This document shows positions 58,969-64,000 of a DNA stretch of 64,000 bases, piece by piece. Every line of letters begins with the position of its first letter. The first letter of the stretch is position 1. Position numbers and translations under genes: made by a program. The DNA is taken from NCBI GenBank assembly GCA_043228905.1, contig JBHGNT010000012.1:5332001-5396000 (forward strand), read 5' to 3'. This DNA comes from Azolla caroliniana. Taxonomy: Eukaryota > Plantae > Polypodiophyta. The notes beneath the pieces were generated by a model, which saw only the letters and a list, made by a program, of their open reading frames with translations, had not been told where the DNA came from and did no database searches.

Positions 58969-61781
58969 ATGCCACACAAGGAATCTCCCTTATGGGATAA
59001 ATATTGTTTGAACAAACAATCTAGGAAGTCATCTGGGAACTATTATTGGGATTGCAAATTATGTGGTTTTCATGGGTCTGGGACACTAACACGTTTAGTT
59101 ACTCACCTTGTTGGAATTAAAGGTGAAGGTATATACAAGTGTGTGCAAGTAACTCTATAGGCATATCAAGATGCTATAGCAGTAGCTCAAGAAAGTGAAT
59201 TGACTTGCAAGAAGCTAAAACACATTAAAGAAGTAGAAGCCATGGAAAAACAAATTGAGCTTCAAGAAGGCATGGTGGATTCAATGGTTGATTCAATGTT
59301 CCAATCACAACCTTCAATGGATACCATATGTGCCTCATCTGAGAAGGATTCAATAGACCAAATTCCTATTGATATTGAAGATACAGAAGGTTCAAGAAGA
59401 AAAAGTCTCACTCAAAGCACAATAAGGAGAGGATCTAGTGCCGCTATGTTGATCAAGAAAGGTCATGCAAACACAATGTTGGTTAGATGCATTGTGGAAG
59501 GTAATCTATCTTTTAATCTTTTGAAAATGTCATGTTGGAGGAACATTTTTGTTAGCTTTCTCTGATATTGAGGAAAAGTATAGTGGTATTACCTACAATG
59601 ATTTAAGAGTTAAATATTTAAAGAAAGAGCATTTGAATGTGCAACACAAAGTGGAAAATGTGAAAGCCCTTTGGCCAAAATATGGAGTTACCATACTTTC
59701 AGATGAATGGATTGACACTAGCAAGCGAGCACTTGTGAATATTTTGGTCTCATCTTGTTATGGCACAATGTACCTTAAAACTATTGATTGTAGTGGTGTT
59801 TCTACAAGGGTTGATGGTCCATGGTTGGCTGAAATGCTATCAACTGTGATAAAGGAAGTAAAAGTAGAAAATGTGGTGCAAATTGTCACGGATAATGCAT
59901 CTAATTGTGTTAGCATGGGTCACATTCTAGAGACTGAAATCCCAAGCCTTGTATGGACTCCTTGTGCATCACATTGTTTAGATTTATTGCTAGAGGATAT
60001 TGGGAAGTTGAGTTGGGTTCCTCAAGTGCACAAGAGAGCAAATTGTGTGGTTAGACTATTCACCAAGAAAAGGAATGCACGAAAAAATTTCAGCAACTAT
60101 TCATCTCTTGTGCTCCTTAGGGCAAGTGCCACTTGATTTGGCTACATTCTTATTGTCCTTGAGAGGCTGGCAAGAGTTTGGAGAGCCCTTGAACAAACTG
60201 TGGTTAGTAACTATTGGGAGGGTTGGAGTGACTCCAAAAAGCCGGATGCGGTCAAGGTGAAGTCCGTTGTGCAAGGTAACTCTAGTTTGCCTTCAATTAT
60301 GATTGTAATTTTGATTATGCATCCACTGTTTTCTGTTTTGCGGCCAACTGATCGTGAAGGATCTACAATGGGCTTACTTTATGAGTTCATGAGGAGGGCT
60401 AGAGACAAATTGCAACAAGGAGCGAGAGAGGACACATTAAATAAGGACAGGTAATATGTTTCTATGTACTATGTAGTATGTACATTTGTTGTTTATTGCA
60501 TCTTTTTCATTTCTTTGAATCATTGATATCAACTACGTTATGCATATTTTGGTAACTGATTTCGAGTTTTGATTCAAATTCAAATGTTAATGCAGATATA
60601 AAGAGGTTTTGGAATGTTTTGATTGTCGTTGGTCGTGGTTCAAAAAGCCAATTCATATTGTTGCACATATTTTGCATCCTTTATGGAAGCCCAAAGATCA
60701 ACCAATAGTTATGAATGAAGAGATGACATATGGATGACTTGCATATATTCAAAAGGTATATTCTATAGATGAATGTGAAATCTTGCAAGATCAATTTGAC
60801 ATGTATAGGAATGGTGTGGGCCGATTTAGCAATGAACTATCAAAATCACACATTGCAAAATGTAAACCTATCTCATGGTGGGAAAGATATGGGGACAATG
60901 TGCCCTTACTACAGTCGTTAGCTTGTAGAGTATTGTCTCAGGTATTATATTTCATTTTTTATTAATGTTTCAATTTTATTAATCTTCTACATAATACAAT
61001 GACATGTATTGTTTGCTTAATACTTTGTGTCATAGGATTGCTCTTCTGGAGTTGCTAAAAGAAATTGGAATGCACATGCATTAGCACATACAAAAAGGAG
61101 GAACCGTTTGAAGGTGAAACAAGTGGAGAGATTAGTATATGTTAGAGAAAACTTAAGGCTTGTTCGAAGCTTTCAAACTCATGCGGGTCTTCCAATGCAG
61201 GTCTACATCTTTCTTATTCATGTTTGACATTTGATGTTTAGAAAACCATTTGAATTTTGTAGGTTAATTAACGAGCCTTGTTAATTGGTTGTGGTTTAAA
61301 TATTATGAATCATTATTATGATACCAAAATATTATTTGATTTAGGTAAATCCAGATGAGATAGACATTGACAAGACTCCTGAAATGCCTCCATCAACAAC
61401 CAATATTGATACTCAAGTCACACAAGCATATTTTGAGGAAGCTGAGGCTATGCATATTGGTCGGGTTACTCGAAGTAGATCTAAGTTTGCCGCTATGATA
61501 GTGGATGAAGGATTGGTGGAATCAAGTTCTAACACTATTAGAAAAGGTCGTGGATATGTTCATAGTCATGCTTGTGCGAGAGTTGCAAGTACAAGAAGGA
61601 TAATTACTTGACAAACTACAACCGAGGCTTGCAATGTTGAATTTGGTAATGATGATGGAGATCAAGAGGATGAAGACATTGACAATGCCATAGTTTATTC
61701 ATCTTCTGATAGTGATTATATGGACAACTATGATGATACAACAACGAAATATTCTAATGATGATTTAGAAGAAGAAATATA
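58969..61781 (+). pseudogene. hAT transposase (BED finger, DUF659 core, C-terminal dimerisation domain), intron-containing and disrupted
   Basis: WDCKLC..H BED finger, ILSDEW, VQIVTDNASN, WTPCASHCLDLLLEDI, WWERYG..LACRVLSQ..CSSG...RNW. GT-AG introns at ~60451-60595, 60942-61035 and 61201-61344. Stops at 59158 and 60134; frameshift near 59550. Confidence 0.92.
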
Positions 61782-62289
61782 ATCGAAAATTGCATGGAGA
61801 TATGTATTATTGGTTTTAACTTTTTACATATTTATTTTAATTTTGAATTTAAGAACCAATAACTATGAGTATGAACTTTGAAGAAAGTTTTAAATTCTAA
61901 TAGTTTTTTAATCACTTTATTCATTTTCCATGATTTGAGGGTTCAAATGATATGTGTTTTGGTTCAAACTTCAATTGTGTTCTCGAATCTCCAGTGTCCA
62001 CTTTCATCTTAAAATATGTATATCACGTGTATAATGTATTGAAACATAGGTAACCATTTATCCATGGACAATAAAGATAACTGGTATTTACTATATAGTA
62101 TTCAAATTACAAGTATCTTTGCAAATTGGTTTTCAAGTATTTGATGTATTCAACGTATTCAAAACGTACTCAACGTAATTTACCTTTAAATACGTATTCT
62201 AAGAGCTTATAAATTATTTTTAGAATACTTATAAAATATGTAGCATACGCATTGTACGCATACGGTATGCTATGTATGTTACAACCATG

Positions 62290-64000
62290 GCGTGATCTTC
62301 GAATTCCAAGCACAGGGGGCTTGCTTCAAGCCGTAAAGTGACTTCTTGAGTCAGCTGACTGCCGACTTGTTCATCTTTGACTGAAAACCAGGGGGTTGGA
62401 TCATGTAGACTTGTTCTTCAAGGCCACCCTGAAGAAATGCATTCTTCACGTCAATTTGGTGAAGATGCCATCCCCTTGCCATAACAACCGTTAGTACCAC
62501 ACGAACGGTCGTCATCTTCTCTACCGGAGCGAAGGTCTCATCGTAGTCGATTCTGTGCGTCTGCACATATCCTTTGACCACTAACCGGGCCTTGTACCTG
62601 TTGACCAAATTGTCAGCATTATACTTTACCTTGTACACCCATTTGCAACCGATCGGTTTGCAATGTCGGGGAGGGTCAAACAGGTCCCATGTGTTGTTGA
62701 CATCGAGTGCCCGCATCTCTCCCTCCATCGCGGCACGCCAATGCGCGTCCTTTGCCGCTTCTGCATAGCTCTCCGGCTCACACACCTCCGCCACTTTTGT
62801 CATGTACGCATAGTGATGCGCCATGTACTCATTATAACCATACCGCTTCACGGGGTTCTTCCAGCGGGTGGATCGGTGTAACTTCTCGTTAGCCAATTTC
62901 AAGGCCCACTTGGCCATCTCAGACTTCATCTTTGTTTTGTTCGTAGTCGGATTCACTCTGATCCGATTCGTCTCTGCCGATGGTGTATTCCAACATCTTC
63001 TTCTTCCCCTTTTCTTTGCGCGTGAACCGTCTCCTCAGTTCCTTGCAAGGCGAGAGCATTGTCGAGTCTCCACTGTTCGCCGACTCTTCATTTGACTGGT
63101 CATTCTTACTCACTCGCTCATTCGGCCCACTTAGCCGGAATGAGATCGGACTCTCATCTAGATTACCACATCCTTCTTCATCTTCTGCCCGGATCGTTTC
63201 GGGCTTAGTGGCCTCATCCTCTAGAATGGGGTCGGGGTCGGAGGTTGGAGTCAGTAGAGAGCACCAGGATGCCAACTCGTCAAACTCGACATCTCGGCTT
63301 ACTTGTACTTGCTTGGTTTGGGGGTTGTAGCACTTATACCCCTTCTGTTCTTGTGAGTAGCTGAAAAAAATGCACATCTCCGACTTAGGGTCCAACTTTC
63401 TATGTTTCTCATCCGGCACATACACATATGCTATGCTACCGAATATCCTAAGGTGCCTTAAATTCGGCTTCCGCCCGAAATACAGCTCATGTTCTTACAC
63501 CTTCTCCCCGATCCGGTTTTGAATGTAAACAGTCATCCGGACCGCATCGGCCTAGTAGAACTTGGGCATGCTCTTCTCTTCCAGCATTGCCCATGCTGCC
63601 TCCACAATCGACCAATTCTTTTGTTCGGCCACACCGTTTTGTCCCGGTGTGTATCGGCAGCTGAATTCCCTCCGAATTCCTTTTTGCTGCAAATAACTGT
63701 TGAATTGGCCGGAAAAATATTCTTTTCCGCCATCCGACCACAGGCACTTGATCTTCCTCTCTGTTTCCCGTTCTACAAGATTTTGCAGGTTCCGGAAACA
63801 GTCGAAAACTTCGCTTTTCCAAGTTTCAATCAGGTAGATCCATGTGTGTTGGCTGTAGTCGTCGATAAAGGAGACAAAATATCAGCTCTCACCAAGACTA
63901 ACGTTCTGTGTCGGTCCCCACACATCCAAATGTATCAACTCGAGCTTGTTACGGCTCCAGTTTCTTTCGGTGGGGAACAAAAACCGATGTTGCTTCCCGA
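62290..64000 (-). mobile_element. Copia element J, integrase and RT start; continues beyond the window
   Basis: Homologous to K ([47 protein letters not shown]). Confidence 0.92.

Larger units (their letters stand above)
35808..62289 (+). mobile_element. hAT DNA transposon expanded to 26.5 kb by nested LTR elements
   Basis: TIRs CATTGTTGT / ACAACCATG; TSD GCGT(G)ATC (35801-35807 with a 1-nt deletion; 62290-62297); subterminal ACGTATTC-like repeats at both ends; contains a transposase gene. Confidence 0.88.

Noticed and set aside
58969-61781. Domesticated hAT gene
   Set aside because: It has stops and a frameshift, and remains within TIRs and a TSD.

Overview
Eukaryotic land-plant genomic DNA (spliceosomal introns, tRNA-iMet-primed Copia elements, (GA)n/(CA)n microsatellites; a seed-free plant such as a fern or lycophyte is plausible but unproven). 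The only host gene is a six-coding-exon YTH-domain m6A reader (ECT/YTHDF-like; minus strand, 153-2864). Almost everything from 4.2 kb onward is nested transposons, which I resolved using LTR pairs and target-site duplications (TSDs). Nest 1: Copia A contains Copia B and chromodomain Gypsy C; C contains non-autonomous element D, which contains solo LTR E. Copia F carries two E solo LTRs. Copia H and I are inverted relative to each other. Nest 2: Copia J contains a 26.5-kb hAT, which contains Copia K and non-chromovirus Gypsy L; L contains the intact young chromovirus G and a D-family solo LTR. The most unusual signals are: (1) a tRNA-like A-box/B-box cassette at the outer edge of the G-family LTR, with related units inside a Copia solo LTR; (2) family D, with a tRNA-Trp PBS and 4-bp ACGG/CCGT TSDs at two independent sites; (3) a -1 frameshift cassette and self-priming PBS in G; (4) a Copia whose LTR-adjacent PPT is replaced; (5) a roughly 980-aa extra ORF in L. 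All calls are from reading by eye; no database searches were run, so novelty is untested.
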